DNA of 55,274 bases, filler included, from Sphacelaria rigidula (taxonomy: Eukaryota), in NCBI GenBank assembly GCA_964200075.2. It is 5 parts of 5 records of this genome, joined end to end, with 100 filler letters (N's around TTAATTAATTAA, not from the genome) between each part and the next. Parts side by side here need not be neighbours in the genome. Positions count along the whole stretch, not along the records: positions 11,077 to 22,051 come from CAXNAA020005596.1; positions 22,152 to 33,126 come from CAXNAA020005597.1; 3 more parts are not named here. One strand, written 5' to 3'. The position numbers were made by a program, and so were the translations under genes. Below the pieces are notes generated by a model. It saw only the letters and a program-made list of their open reading frames with translations, searched no databases and was not told the DNA's origin. Positions 11,437-23,144 of this stretch are shown in pieces. Numbering within the stretch: the stretch's first letter is position 1; the number at the start of each line of letters is the position of its first letter.

Positions 11437-11685
11437 CTCAAGGCCTTCCCGATGACCCCGCCGACAGAATGCACACACGCGATCAATCGTTCGTTTAGCA
11501 CCCACCACCGTGTGCGGCATGCGCGCCCGTTTCTTAGTATTGATGGGCTTCTTGCCCTTGCCCTTGTTGCTGTCAAGAGTGTCGCCTGCGTCGGCCTCCC
11601 AAGACGAAGAAGAGGAGGATGAGAACGATGAGGATACAGGTGAAGATGTGCGAGACGAAGTGGGATTGGACATGCCCCACGCTCC
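11437..11685 (-). CDS. Probable internal exon of a nuclear protein, ending in the start of an extended-PHD-like zinc finger (RVCAFCRRGH)
   Basis: Branch point and acceptor ctaactgctcgcag, donor GAG|gtgggt, 249 nt, phase 0-0, open. Ser-rich segment, NLS-like KKRAR, CAFC motif. The domain call is tentative and partner exons were not established. Confidence 0.55.
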
Positions 11686-14167
11686 CTGCGAGCAGTTAGT
11701 AAGGCAAGTGCGGAGTATAACACCCCCCGTCTCCGACACGTGATTGGGGTTTCAAGACTAAAAACGCCACCTGGACACGCTCAAGCCGAGTCGGTGATGC
11801 TCTCAAGTAGTGGTCAATTATCGCATTGAGCGGTTGAGCGGCTGGACATGGTTCACATTGTTATTACTCCGACCCGCGGTTCAACTCAAGTCGAACATTA
11901 TATGTATACAAGCCGAAAAGTAGTTTGTGGCTCAAGCCTTGAAATTTTGTGTAGTGGAGACATTCTGCATGATATCCCATGTAAGATAACGGCATTTTAT
12001 CGTCCTGGCGTATGGGGTGTGCGGCGTCGTTGAGAAAGTCGATTCGAAGATGACTACATCTTACGCGGCATACTCCGGTTGAAACCGTTAAACCGTTTTT
12101 GTATTTTTGTAGCTCCACGGAGACATTTCACTCCGTAACCTAAATCTTCAACATCTTGAGAGATACCGTGATACAACCATTGAATGGATGAGAGTACTGC
12201 TTAGGCGCCAGCGGCACGCAGACTAGCGCCAATTCAACATACTCCTAGTCCTGGTGTTGCGAACTGCGGCGGGCTGTCTGTCCACTGTGCCGGTTTATGG
12301 TCGACCCCGTCATAGCGGAAAAACACCGAGTAAATAAAGCATAAACTCCGACCAGGCGGGGGGTTACGCCGCATCACCTGAAGCTGCTACCTGATCAAAT
12401 CAACATCGTCACTCCCCACTCGCGAGAAGGGAGAGGGTGCAGAACCTTCGCATAAAGCAGATATTTACGCCCCCCCAAGGAACCATAAACATCGGGACTG
12501 CTGAGGAATCATCGTCTGGTTGGATCATCACCCCCATTTTGCCTTAGCTCCCACATTGCGGTCAAATCGGGCAAGGAGCAGCCAACCCTACATGAAACTA
12601 ACAGGCAACTAAGTTGTGCACGACGTGTGTTCAACGCGGCACTACTGTCTGTGCAATATAGGACACGGGCAATCACTGCACTTCATTGCCCATCCCAATT
12701 CTGCATGTTTCTCCTACGACTAGCGCTGGCTTTGTGCCCCGCATGGCTTTCGGTATCGCGCGCTTGCGCTACTGTGGGTGCTTCGACTTATGCCCCCACC
12801 TACACCCAAAAGATTGGCTCCGCGGCAATGCCTGGCAGGCACCAGGAACGTAGGCGGGGAGATGGGGATGCCAATTCTGCGGGCGGGTCCGGGCTGGAGA
12901 ATGGGTTGGCATGGCCGGCTCTGTATGCACACGCAATGCGGATGAGAGGGGGGGCACTGCCTGATGTGAGTAGCCAAGATAGCGGGTTAACACAATTCAG
13001 ACGAAGGATGATTGCTGTCGTATGATTATCTGTGAGCAACACTCACTGGGGGTTGAGAGTATGAAGTATACTGGTGAGAGGGTGGAGTGAGGATGCGTGT
13101 TTAAAGTTTGGTTGTCATGTTTCCACCACTGTTCACGTATTGCCTGCACGGTCTGCTGTAAATACTGTCGCGGTCACGCCCTACTTGCATCCCTGTTCTG
13201 CATAACTGTATTTTCTCCCATCGAATTGCGGCGCGCCTGGGTAGCACTTGTAGAGCTTGCGCTACAGACGCTCGATATCAACATATCTCGAAAGGTGATA
13301 TTCAATCTCTGTTTGATCCTCGTTGACGGTCACGATGAAGGAAAATAGTCGTGGAATGTTGCAGTTCTAGGTGGAGGATGATACTGAACCCTGGTCGTTT
13401 TACCTGGGTCTGGGTATACTGTGTTGTTGAAAATAATACCCGTTTTGAGGTACGGTTAAGCCGTTGGACGTTAGGCCTCTCCTTCGAAGTGTGACCGCCG
13501 ACTGTCCTCATACGCCAGTTATCCCGAAGCTACATCAGCGGAACAGGTCTTCCCTGTTTGCGAGCTCCAACTTCAGTGATAATACGGATATCACTACATT
13601 ACAAATATACTGTACGTGAAACAACCCTTGGCTTCCTTCTGGGTTTTTGGTTCAACCCTTCAAAGATCTGGAATCCCTTACAGTCCTGTAGAAGACTCAA
13701 GGTTCCGTACATGTACAGGATACATGCGACAGAATGTTTGCAATGGCATATACGTTAACTCATCACGACCACTTCTCGCTATTGACAGTCTTCTAGGGCA
13801 AGCAGTTTCATTTTTCTGCGGCATTTGGCGCCCGCCCGAGGTGTTTATCAGAACATGTTTCCTCCCTGACGATTTATACGACATGTGAACGACAAACCAC
13901 TCGTCCTCTTGTGAATGTCACGCGCAAGACCCCGCTGTTGCCCAAGTCCCACGTCGTTTGACCCGAGGATATAGTTCGTGTGAGCGGCCGGTAGATACGA
14001 CCCGCAAACCCATGGATTTACTGTGTGTGTTATTTCAGGGGCTAATACTGCCTTGTATGTGATTCCCTCGATAGTATGCCGTCGCACGAGGTACAGTATG
14101 ATGATGGCCGCTCGATCCATGCCGTGCAGTAGCTGAGGTCAGCGTCGACATGCACAGACTGGTGCGC

Positions 14168-14397
14168 GAAGGAAACACGGTTTTTCCAGCCTTAAAATAC
14201 ATACCCAGATTCATGAGAGGACGGGGGGTACCACACTACCATTGTAAGATAAGGGTCTCAGTTAATTCCGCACACCGTCCGAAGGAAACGCGGTGTTTCC
14301 AGCCTTGAATTACATCCCCAGATTCCTGAGAGGACGGGGGGTACCGCACTACTACTACTGTACCGTAAGGGTCTCAGTTCATTCTGCACACCGTCAT
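14168..14397 (+). repeat. Tandem duplication of a ~113-bp unit
   Basis: gaaggaaac...ccagcctt...gagaggacggggggtacc...aagggtctcagtt...gcacaccgtc occurs at 14168 and 14281. Confidence 0.9.
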
Positions 14398-16082
14398 CTG
14401 CATGATGATTTGTATAGGATGAGAACAAAGTGTTTGAAACTGGGGCAGGACAAGGGGGGGGGGAGAATCTGTCCCCGCTGATCGTCTTTGGCGACAGGCG
14501 GTGCGGCACACTCAGCAGGTACTTGTACTGTATACCAGAGCGCATGGAGCGTGCAATTCTATGGCGACCCACACCTGAATATTCCTACTATCGACCCGTA
14601 GACAGGTAGTAGTGCCAGACAAAATATGTTGTACACGCAGCGCAGCCGGCAGCCGGCAGCCGGCTGCACATGCAGTTCAGGCGCACCGTTTGTACAGGGA
14701 AAAAAATAATTATGCACCCGACCGGGTTCACCTTCGAATTTCGTGTGCACTTTGGTGCACGCTGGAATAATGGCAAAAGCACGTGCGGCTGGTTAGTGCC
14801 GCATGACCCCGCCGACCGCGACACCTGGATCACACTTTCGAGGCCAGCACGACCAGCGCAGAGTACAACAGGACAGTAGTACAGAACCGTGCAGTACAGT
14901 AACAATACGATGTTGTGATCCCTCTGGCTACTGGTCGCGTGGCCGACTTCTTTTTGTCTCCGTGACATCCCCCTGCCAGCTTGAAAATTAAGTAAATAGT
15001 GTTCCGAGTTACTTGTTTCAAATATCAAAGCTCAAAAATCTACACTCGCTTGCTTCCCGTCTATGTTTAATGTATAATACGCACTCCGACAAACTGTGGA
15101 GAGAAAAGCTCCGACTTGTGTACCCATGCAGCCGCCCAGAGAACCCGAGAGGTGGAGAGCGTGTAATGTACCGGAACAGACAACATCATGACAACTGTAT
15201 GATGCTCTCGTGTTTGTTAGTTGTGTTGAGTCTGTCGGTGCCACCATGTGCGCGGTGCCGTCTCTACAACATCCGTCCGCTGTTCATGAGAACATGATGC
15301 ACGTGTCACCCTCGGGGTGGGTCCTCTGTTGCTTCGGCATAAATTCCACCTGAAGAATGAATACTAGGCCCAGAGGGGCCACCCTGGCGGTCGAAGACTT
15401 GAATTTTAGAGCTGGCGGCAGGAATGGGTCACACCATCCGGAGGTCGGGTAGGATCTGATCCTTTCTGATCACCATATAGACAAAGGGAAAGAACGCAGC
15501 AGGGGGAAGAGAAAAGACGACACTGTACGGTACTATACAGCACTGTACCGACCTGTGCGTGTTGGTTGGGCTTTTCGTCTACCTAGATTGTCATTCATGT
15601 GTACCGTTCTGTACATCACCCCCCATTTTGTATAGGATAGTGCATCGGCCTTGGGGGTATTACTGACGTCCCCCTCCCCCCCCCCTCCGAAATCTCCGCT
15701 TTTTCGGGAAAAGCTTATTTTCAGAAAAAAAATGTGAGACCAGATCCCTTGGTCAGGTTAGGAAATAGTAATATTTAGGGCACTTCACGAAAAGGGATAC
15801 ACCCTGGCGCTTTTGGAACAATGAAGGGTAACGCATTTTTCGATTTGGGGCGCGGCGCTGCACGCGGGCTGGACACCTCGTCAGCAAGTTCCAGCGCCTC
15901 AGCCACAAGCCCAGGTGTCTAGGCACCATGCCCGGCCATTTTTTTCAACTTTCAGACGTGGTACTGTGCTTGACGACGGCGAGGAAAAAGACAGCCTGTG
16001 ATTTTAGCCTTTTTTACCTACAAACCAGGAGGGTACACCCCCTGCTGAAAACATATATCTTCCTACCCTTTTTTGTTCACGT

Positions 16083-16391
16083 TTATTATTTATTTATTTA
16101 TTTATTTATTTGTCGCACTTTTAACCCCTTCCCTTCCTCGGGATGAGTCCGTGGGCTCAAGGGATCAACCCATCTCTGCCCGGTACACGCCTTGTATTTT
16201 GGTCTCGCGGATTGGGCCAGCTCTCCGTCAACTCACGTCGAACGAACTCACTCAACTAATACTTTGTTTACTCACGTTCTCATGCTTTCCACGATGGAAG
16301 TCACACACCACGAAGAAAAAAGCAACACATCGGGAACCGAACCCTCGTTCTCTACACCCCAACGACGGTCGGACCATCACACCACCGGGGC
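16083..16391 (-). mobile_element. tRNA-derived SINE family 1, nested in the foldback element
   Basis: The minus strand starts GCCCCGGTGGTGTGATGG (A-box-like), has a B-box-like GGTTCGGTTCCC and ends in an (AAAT)n tail. It is absent from the other arm and from the contig-5 arm copy. Confidence 0.75.
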
Positions 16392-16872
16392 GCACGTGTG
16401 GACCCTTTGATGCTCAAGTGCATACCCTTCCTCATTTTTTTTTGTTAATTGATAACGGTACCCCCGGCTCCGCAGAAAGTATGCCGAACAATCTCAACCA
16501 TACACATTTTTAAAAATAATTTTACACCGCCAAAAACACCAAAACTCAACAGGCTAGAAACTATCGCCCCCTTGCTGGTTGACCCGCAGACCCGGAAGAT
16601 CCAACGATGCCTACAGTACGCGAAAGTTTGTGTGCCGGAGCTCACAAAGATCCAACGAACACGCATGAAGAGTCTTGCCCACACACACGCCCGAATGGCA
16701 TTACATATGCTCGTTGGATCTTTGTAAGCTCCGGCGCACAAGCGTTCTCGTCCTGTAGGCATCGTTGGATTTTCTGGTTCTGCGGGCCAACCAGCAGTGG
16801 GCTATAATTTCTTGGTCGTTAAGCTTCGGCCTTTTTGGCGGGGTGTAATTCACAAAAAAATGGGTTACGTTT

Positions 16873-17131
16873 CAAGGGTCGGACAAATAAAGGATTCGTC
16901 TGGAAATCACTTGGTTTAATTGTAATTGACTCGAATCGTACGAATCAACCCCTAGGCTTTGTTTTCAGCGTTGCAACCCAGATACACGCAACCCAGACAC
17001 GTGAAATGGCGCAAAAGTTGCGTGGGTACCCCTTGGACCAGCGGTCAACTTATTTTCTCCCTTTTGGGCAATCAGGCCGAAGAAATCATGGATTTGGTGA
17101 TTCGAACCCGTGATTATTCGTCCTAACCGTG
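16873..17131. mobile_element. MITE (~259 bp, CAAGGGTCGGAC...GTCCTAACCGTG termini, degenerate 8-bp TSD), nested in the foldback element
   Basis: Full-length match to 18776-19033; flanks TTACGTTT/GTACGTCT. Confidence 0.75.
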
Positions 17132-17676
17132 GTACGTCTGTGATTCTTCGGTGTATCTTCTGCGGAGCCGGCGGTACGGTCACCAATTCACAAAAAAAAA
17201 TAGAGGGTAGAGGATATGGACTTGAGCAGGGTGAACCCTCCTGGCATGTTTACAAAAAAAAGTACTGTCACAGGCTGTATTTTCCCGAGACGTGGTGAAG
17301 CGTAGGACCACAAGTGAAAATAAAATAAAATCGTCGGACATGTTGCCCAGACACCTTGGTTGGGCGTGTGGCTGAGGCGCTGGAATGTGTTCACGAGGTG
17401 TTAAACCCGCGTGCAGCGCCGCCCCCGAAACCGAAAAATACATTACCCTTTACTATTTCAAAAGCACCAGGGTGTGTCTATTTTTGTATATTGCCCTTAT
17501 ATTCAAGACTGGATATTATAATACAGATTTCTCCGAAAATCTAACATCGGAATTATTTTGCAGCATTTGGAGGAGGAGAAATCGAGCAAAAAAACAGTTT
17601 CCGGGAAAAATGAAGAAGAGCTGGAAAACAAAAAATGCCGTGTCAAGAGTCTTATCAACGGGTCTTTCCCCCCCCC

Positions 17677-17900
17677 CACCCCCTCCCCGGAAATCTCCGA
17701 ATTTCTCGGAAAAAAAGATTTTATCGAAAAAATTGAGAGCAGATTTCTTGACCAGGTCAGGCAATGGATCGATTCAAGACTGACAGCAGGTTTCTCCGGA
17801 ATCAAGCGTCGAAAATTTTTCAGCACTATCTTTGGGAGAAGCCGAGGAGACGTCGGACAAAAATCCACTTTTTCGGAGAAGAGCAGAAAAAACAGCAAAA
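17677..17900 (+). repeat. Dispersed repeat (other copies 15673-15774 continuing at 17500, and 28690-28900 on the minus strand)
   Basis: Shared ggaaatctccg...gagagcagatt-cttgaccaggtca-gcaat-gatc-gttcaag-ctga block. Confidence 0.7.
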
Positions 17901-18510
17901 AAAATCCTCCTCAACGAGACTCGTTGACCCTCTCGGAACTCGCAAAAAACTGTACAAGCTCCCACATGCGAGCTTTCGTCACCGGAAAAACGTCACTTCG
18001 AGTGCGGTGCACGAATCTGGCACAGTAGTATACTTGAATTTAGAGTAGTGCACTGTTCTGGTGGGCTGTATCAACAGCAGTTGCAGAAAAACAACCACAT
18101 CTTGCTCAAGAAAACATCAGTTGTAAATCGTCATTTTCTATGATGGGTTCCGAAAGGGTTAATAAGACCCCTTATCTGCCGATGGTACACCTATATGTGT
18201 GGCCGCAGTGTTTCGCCTGATCTCGTGTCACGGTTTATACCACCCCTTCAAAACAGGGCACAGTGGAGGCGGACGAATAGTCAAAGCATGTGCGGTCACA
18301 ACTACGTTGGGCATAGAACTACAGAAAAACTTAATAGCTGTATCATGGAAGAACTTCGGCTCAACTTTACTCGTCACAGCGTACAAACTGGCGATGGATA
18401 TTTCCGGAACGCGGGCATAACAGACACATTTGTTGTAAAACAATTACGGGTCTTTTTCCATGTTGGCATCCGATACGCATTCGCACCAGAACTCATGCTG
18501 TACCGCCAAA

Positions 18511-18683
18511 GGCCGTGCCTTATCGAGACAACAAAAAACGGGGAAAGGAACAAGCGTCCAAATGCAGCATGTTGATTGATCGCCGGGCGGGTCTATGGTT
18601 GCGGCGACTGATTAACATGCTGCTGCTTTTCGACGCTTGTTTTTTTTCCAGGTTCCTTTTTTTGGTCTCCACAAGACACGGCC
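18511..18683. mobile_element. Tourist-like (PIF/Harbinger) MITE, 173 bp
   Basis: GGCCGTG...CACGGCC termini, long internal inverted symmetry, TAA on the right flank; second copy at 32156-32335. Confidence 0.75.
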
Positions 18684-18775
18684 TAACGGAGAGTGTCAAT
18701 ACGAACATAATCGGGGCGTGCTGAAATATATAATGGCCGTCACTCAGGGCGAAGACTGTGTTGGTGAAAATATTT

Positions 18776-19033
18776 CAAGGGTCGGACGAATTGATGATTC
18801 GTCTGGAAATTACTTGATTTTGGTGTGATTGATTCATGCGGTACGAATCCATCCCCAGGCTTGGTTTTTAGCGTTGCAACCCAGGTACGCGCAGCCCAGG
18901 TACTTCGAATGGCACAAAAGTTGCGTGGAGACCTTTTTGACCAGCGGTCAACATTTTTCTCTCTTTGGAGCAACCAGGCCTGAAAAATCGGGGATTCGGT
19001 GATTCGAACCGGCGATGATTCGTCCGAACCGTG
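18776..19033. mobile_element. MITE (258 bp) with 8-bp TSD
   Basis: TIR CAAGGGTCGGACGAAT...ATTCGTCCGAACCGTG; flanks AAATATTT/GAATATTT. Confidence 0.8.
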
Positions 19034-19343
19034 GAATATTTGGATTTTTGCTCCTTTTTGTGGTGCCATCTTTATCTCGGTTTTTTCATTTTCGGCAACG
19101 AAAGATAGATGGACCCCCTTGAGAACTGGTGCACCGGTGGTAGAAGCTGTACGTGTTTTGGCTATCCCTACATACCAACTAGAGTTGTCCCAGTAGGGGC
19201 TGTGTGGATAGAAATGTCGCAAACTCTGTGCGAGGTGTGTCCAAGCATAGAAGATGTGGTCGAAAGGCTCACTATATTCACCATAGTAAGGACGGCGGTT
19301 CACCGGATATCATTCGTGCTCTCGAATCCGAGGCTCTTATGAA

Positions 19344-19772
19344 GAGAGTCTCCTCGAAAATGAGGTTGAGCACTCAAATGAGATAAAACTCCAAAATAGT
19401 GACTTCCCTGACCTAAATAAAGTCACGACGAATGATTTTCATACGAACAAACTCAAGCTCCCCGACCTCCCTGAAACGAGATTGGGGAGTTGTTTCCGCC
19501 TTGCGTTCCCTCAAAAGCTTATCTGAAAAAGCACAATTTTCGGGCTAAAGAGCATCCTCTTTTTACACCCCGAAATCGAGGCAAAAAGGTGCTTTCCCAT
19601 ATACCTTTCCGGGGAACGGAAGACGGGAAACTCCCAAAAATAGCTTCAGGGGGTATCCGGGGCTTGAGGTTGTCCATATGAAAGTCATTTGTCATGACTT
19701 GAGGCCAGGGAGAGCACTGGTTTGGAGTTGAACCTTATCTCGATGTTCAACCTCATTTTCGAGGCGACTCTG
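19344..19772. mobile_element. Palindromic MITE (~430 bp)
   Basis: AGAGTCTCCTCGAAAATGAGGTTGA...TCAACCTCATTTTCGAGGCGACTCT, with inverted symmetry continuing almost to the centre; TSD weak. Confidence 0.8.
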
Positions 19773-19908
19773 TTTATTATGGGCTGTGTGCTACACCTAC
19801 CACGACGTACGTTTCTTGCTGTGCGATGCGCAATATAATAGATATAGCCATCATTTCATGTTTTTGCCTACCACCCTTTTCTTCTTCTTGTTTGAAAGTC
19901 AACGTAAT

Positions 19909-19976
19909 TAGTAGTAGTAGTAGTAGTAGTAGTAGCAGGAGCAGGAGCAGCAGTAGTGGTAGTAGTAGTTGTAGTA
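19909..19976 (+). repeat. (AGT)n/(AGC)n microsatellite
   Basis: Seen directly. Confidence 0.9.
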
Positions 19977-20270
19977 TATCCGTCAAATTGGCTTGATCTC
20001 TTGAACCCCTGGTCACAGAGTGCAAGGAGCATACCACCCATACCCATAACCCAAACAGCCTGCAGAAGAAGGCAAGAAACAAAAATCTACACGAAAAAAG
20101 GGCAACTACACTACGAAAGATCCGTATGAGACCGGTTGAACTACAGGAGACCTACTTGTCAACATTGTACTGTTGTATAAAGTCAGCGTTGGACCCGCAC
20201 GGACAAAAAGCCAAGGCCAACCACTGTACGTGCTTACTTCGCGATTTTTGTAAAGCTTGTCTAACTTCTG

Positions 20271-20407
20271 CACACCCTGGACAATAGAAGACACTGCCAA
20301 AAAGTGTACTGCGTACAGTATCGACTGTTGCACCTAGTGCAAAAGACAACAGATCCATACTGTACGCAGTACACTTTTTGACAATATAATCTCTTGTCCA
20401 GGGTGTG
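20271..20407. mobile_element. 137-bp MITE with perfect 8-bp TSD AACTTCTG
   Basis: TIR CACACCCTGGACAA...TTGTCCAGGGTGTG; TSD at 20263-20270 and 20408-20415; second copy at 30279-30415. Confidence 0.92.
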
Positions 20408-22051
20408 AACTTCTGTCCCGTCGTTTCATTTGCATATGGGTACAACCCCGCCAGACAAATTGTTTCGCAAATAATCTATTGACTGCGTCTTGATCCATAG
20501 GTTACGTGCGCATCTTCTCTTGCTCCAAGAGACCACGTAACACCAGACCTTTCACCCTTCAATGGCAGCACAGAGGCACCAGAAAGTAGATGGCCAGGCA
20601 CGGTTCGTACTGGGGTCCAGTCTAACGCGCGTTTCGGCCCAATTTGCTGGCACAAAAACCCTGCTTCTCAGCTCTAGACCACCCCTGAACCACCCCCTCA
20701 GAGAAATTCAGCTCAATTTTACTGACCGCCGCGCGCTAACTTGTGATGGACATTTCCCCGACAGCTGCCGTATGGAGATATAATTGTCGTACAAACCCCG
20801 GGCTATTTTCCAACCTGCCATCCGAAATGCCGTTGTACACAAGACAAGCTGTTGTACTTCATGTTGACTGTCACCACACACGCAAGGATGACTTGCTAGC
20901 CACTATCGTTTAAGCGGCGGTGATTGTGCCCATAGCCTTCTCATGTGTATCTACAGTACAGCAAGAGTGCCCAGAGACTGAAACTTCCGATACCTAGCCC
21001 CCCCCCCCCCCCCCCGCCCTCCCCCGCGGAGAGAGGGAGAATTTCCACTCCTCCAGATCAACTTTCTGGAACTCAAAAATTGGAAGTTTGGAAGGATGTA
21101 CCACTCGGCAGTTTAGTTGATTTGATGTATGTGCTTCTTGTGTCTCTTTGCATATAATAGTACTGTGCGCCCTCTGCTTCCGTTTCGTGACAATAATCTA
21201 CTACGCGGAGATTGTAGTGTAGCAAGAAGCCAAGGCCATTGCTGATAGTGCACTGCTGTAAAAAGCACCAATGACATCATGGCCCGCAGCGGGTTAAATT
21301 CCCCTATCAGCTGGGAGTGGCCTGTCGGCCTCTCTTCTGTTGCTGCCGTCGGGGGCTAGTTAACATGTCGCCCCGGTCTTAAGCGGTGCAGATTCGAACG
21401 ATTACCTGGCACCCTCGGACAACTCCATCTTCGTGAATCAAAGAGTTTGGGTGGGGACGGCGGTAGTACCCAGCTACGTGATGGAAAATAGCTCGAGACT
21501 CTTAGGAGGGGGCACGACATTCTCTAGATATCACCCTGCTCCAACGTAAATAACAAACACGGAATGCCAACCTTTCGATTTAAATTTGTAGGCACGCTTG
21601 GTACAGTACGAAGTATCATACTGTACTTCTTCCCGCTTCGCGTTTTTATTTACTTCCTCTGTGCCATAAGTAAAGGTCCTTATGGGGTACAAATCATATC
21701 TCGCCAACCTAGTCACTCACGATACTACCGATAGGCTTGTTGAAAAGCTATGAATTTGAGGGTACGTCTAAAAATAAAAAGTTGAAACCGATTCGTAATT
21801 ACTGAGAAATAGTGTGTCGAATATTGGGAATTTTGGCGGGTTTTCTGGGATATATTTGAGAACTATTATGAGAATTACCTTGGTTTTAGTGTGGGGGTTC
21901 ACTAGTATACTGTTTTTAGTATGGGGGACGCGTCATGGGTCGTTGAGTAGAGGGGGGGGGGGCTAGGTTTGGGGTCAGGGATAATTCTTGGTTTTTTCCT
22001 CTTGTTTTTGTCAGTGCCCCGCCCTGGAGGAGGGCAAAATACCTGCAAAAT

Positions 22052-22151
22052 NNNNNNNNNNNNNNNNNNNNNNNNNNNNNNNNNNNNNNNNNNNNTTAAT
22101 TAATTAANNNNNNNNNNNNNNNNNNNNNNNNNNNNNNNNNNNNNNNNNNNN
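22052..22151. other. Artificial contig-joining spacer
   Basis: Same N44-TTAATTAATTAA-N44 structure. Confidence 0.97.
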
Positions 22152-22375
22152 TGACCCAAAAGAAGGGTGGGGTATAGCCTGGTGGCTATGTTTGGAGTTG
22201 ACTGCTAGGGACTCTAGTGCACACACTCTGGAAATGAGTGGGGGAGACGAGTAACTCACGGTGAGAAGGGACAACACTGAAGATTCTCGATGGCAGTTGA
22301 TAGAGCGCTGGCAAGGGGAGTCGCCCTCCTCGGAGAGAAAGTTACGGGGATCAAACGCCCACGACTAACTTTTGA

Positions 22376-22457
22376 ACGGTTTAAGAGATAACCAACTAGA
22401 CTACTGATCAGTCAGCGCCGACTGATCAGTAGTCTAGTTGGTTATCTCTTGAACCGT
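22376..22457. repeat. Near-perfect hairpin, 38-bp arms and 6-nt loop
   Basis: ACGGTTTAAGAGATAACCAACTAGACTACTGATCAGTC-AGCGCC-GACTGATCAGTAGTCTAGTTGGTTATCTCTTGAACCGT; one G:T pair. Confidence 0.92.
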
Positions 22458-22559
22458 CACAGTCTGCGGTCACAAAGCCGCGGCACAAACACCGAACACG
22501 CCCACGAACTTGAAAAACACGGCGCCCCGCGAGACGGGAGCTCTGCAAACACGTCGGCG

Positions 22560-22670
22560 AAGGATGAATCTGATTGTTCGATTGATTGATTGAGAGTCGC
22601 ACTTTATCTCATCCCCCAGGGATCCAGACGTGGTCACGTGATGGACGTACCCGAGTTGGAAAAAAACAAA
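22560..22670 (-). repeat. Retroposon-like 3' end with (ATCA)n tail; related copy 24140-24245
   Basis: gattgattgattg...gtcg-acttta-ct-atcccccag-gatccag...gtcac-tgat-gac-tacccgag is shared by both copies. Confidence 0.55.
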
Positions 22671-23144
22671 CGAAGTGGAAACACTCATTCGTGAAAAAGG
22701 TTGAAGGAAACAGAGAGTAGAACAAACAGGGTAGCCTGAAAAAAGAAATTAAGGGGAAAGAAACGAAAGATATATCGGAACAAAACATGGTCAAGAAACA
22801 AATCGCAGAAAATATACGTCAAGACTCGTGAAAATAAATCAAATGAGAGTATGTCTACGTACAGTATAAAAATCAGATAATTTCAGAATATACCGCGAAA
22901 TAATGACGCCTGGCCTGCGTTCTTTTGTATGCCTCATTCATTCCCTCTCGTGAAGTCAATGAAAATTCTGAATACTCGTAGCCGAGCAAAGTGTGAATTT
23001 TCATTGCGGACGAGTTTTCATAGAGAAATTACGGTATATTTCTGCGTTCGAATCAAGTCGCGAAAACATCGCAAATATGGGGAAAAAGAAGGGGGCAAAT
23101 GATCTAGCTCATAATCCGGTTTGAGTACACTATAAAGAAATAAT

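Larger units (their letters stand above)
15778..17496. mobile_element. Non-autonomous foldback DNA transposon, PIF/Harbinger-like (GGGCA...TGCCC termini, TTA TSD, ~0.5-kb TIRs)
   Basis: TTA|GGGCAC at 15775-15783 and TTGCCC|TTA at 17491-17499. Inverted similarity pairs 15778-16045 with 17225-17496 and 16445-16665 with 16705-16860 plus 17140-17200. The centre is near 16685. Confidence 0.8.

Noticed and set aside
12805..12965. Exon candidate readable on either strand
   Set aside because: Plausible splice sites and open frames on both strands and no recognisable motif; it cannot be assigned without transcripts.
13230..13345. PX-domain-like peptide on the minus strand (SRYVDIERL*RKLYKCYP)
   Set aside because: Short, contains a stop, and has no supporting exon structure.
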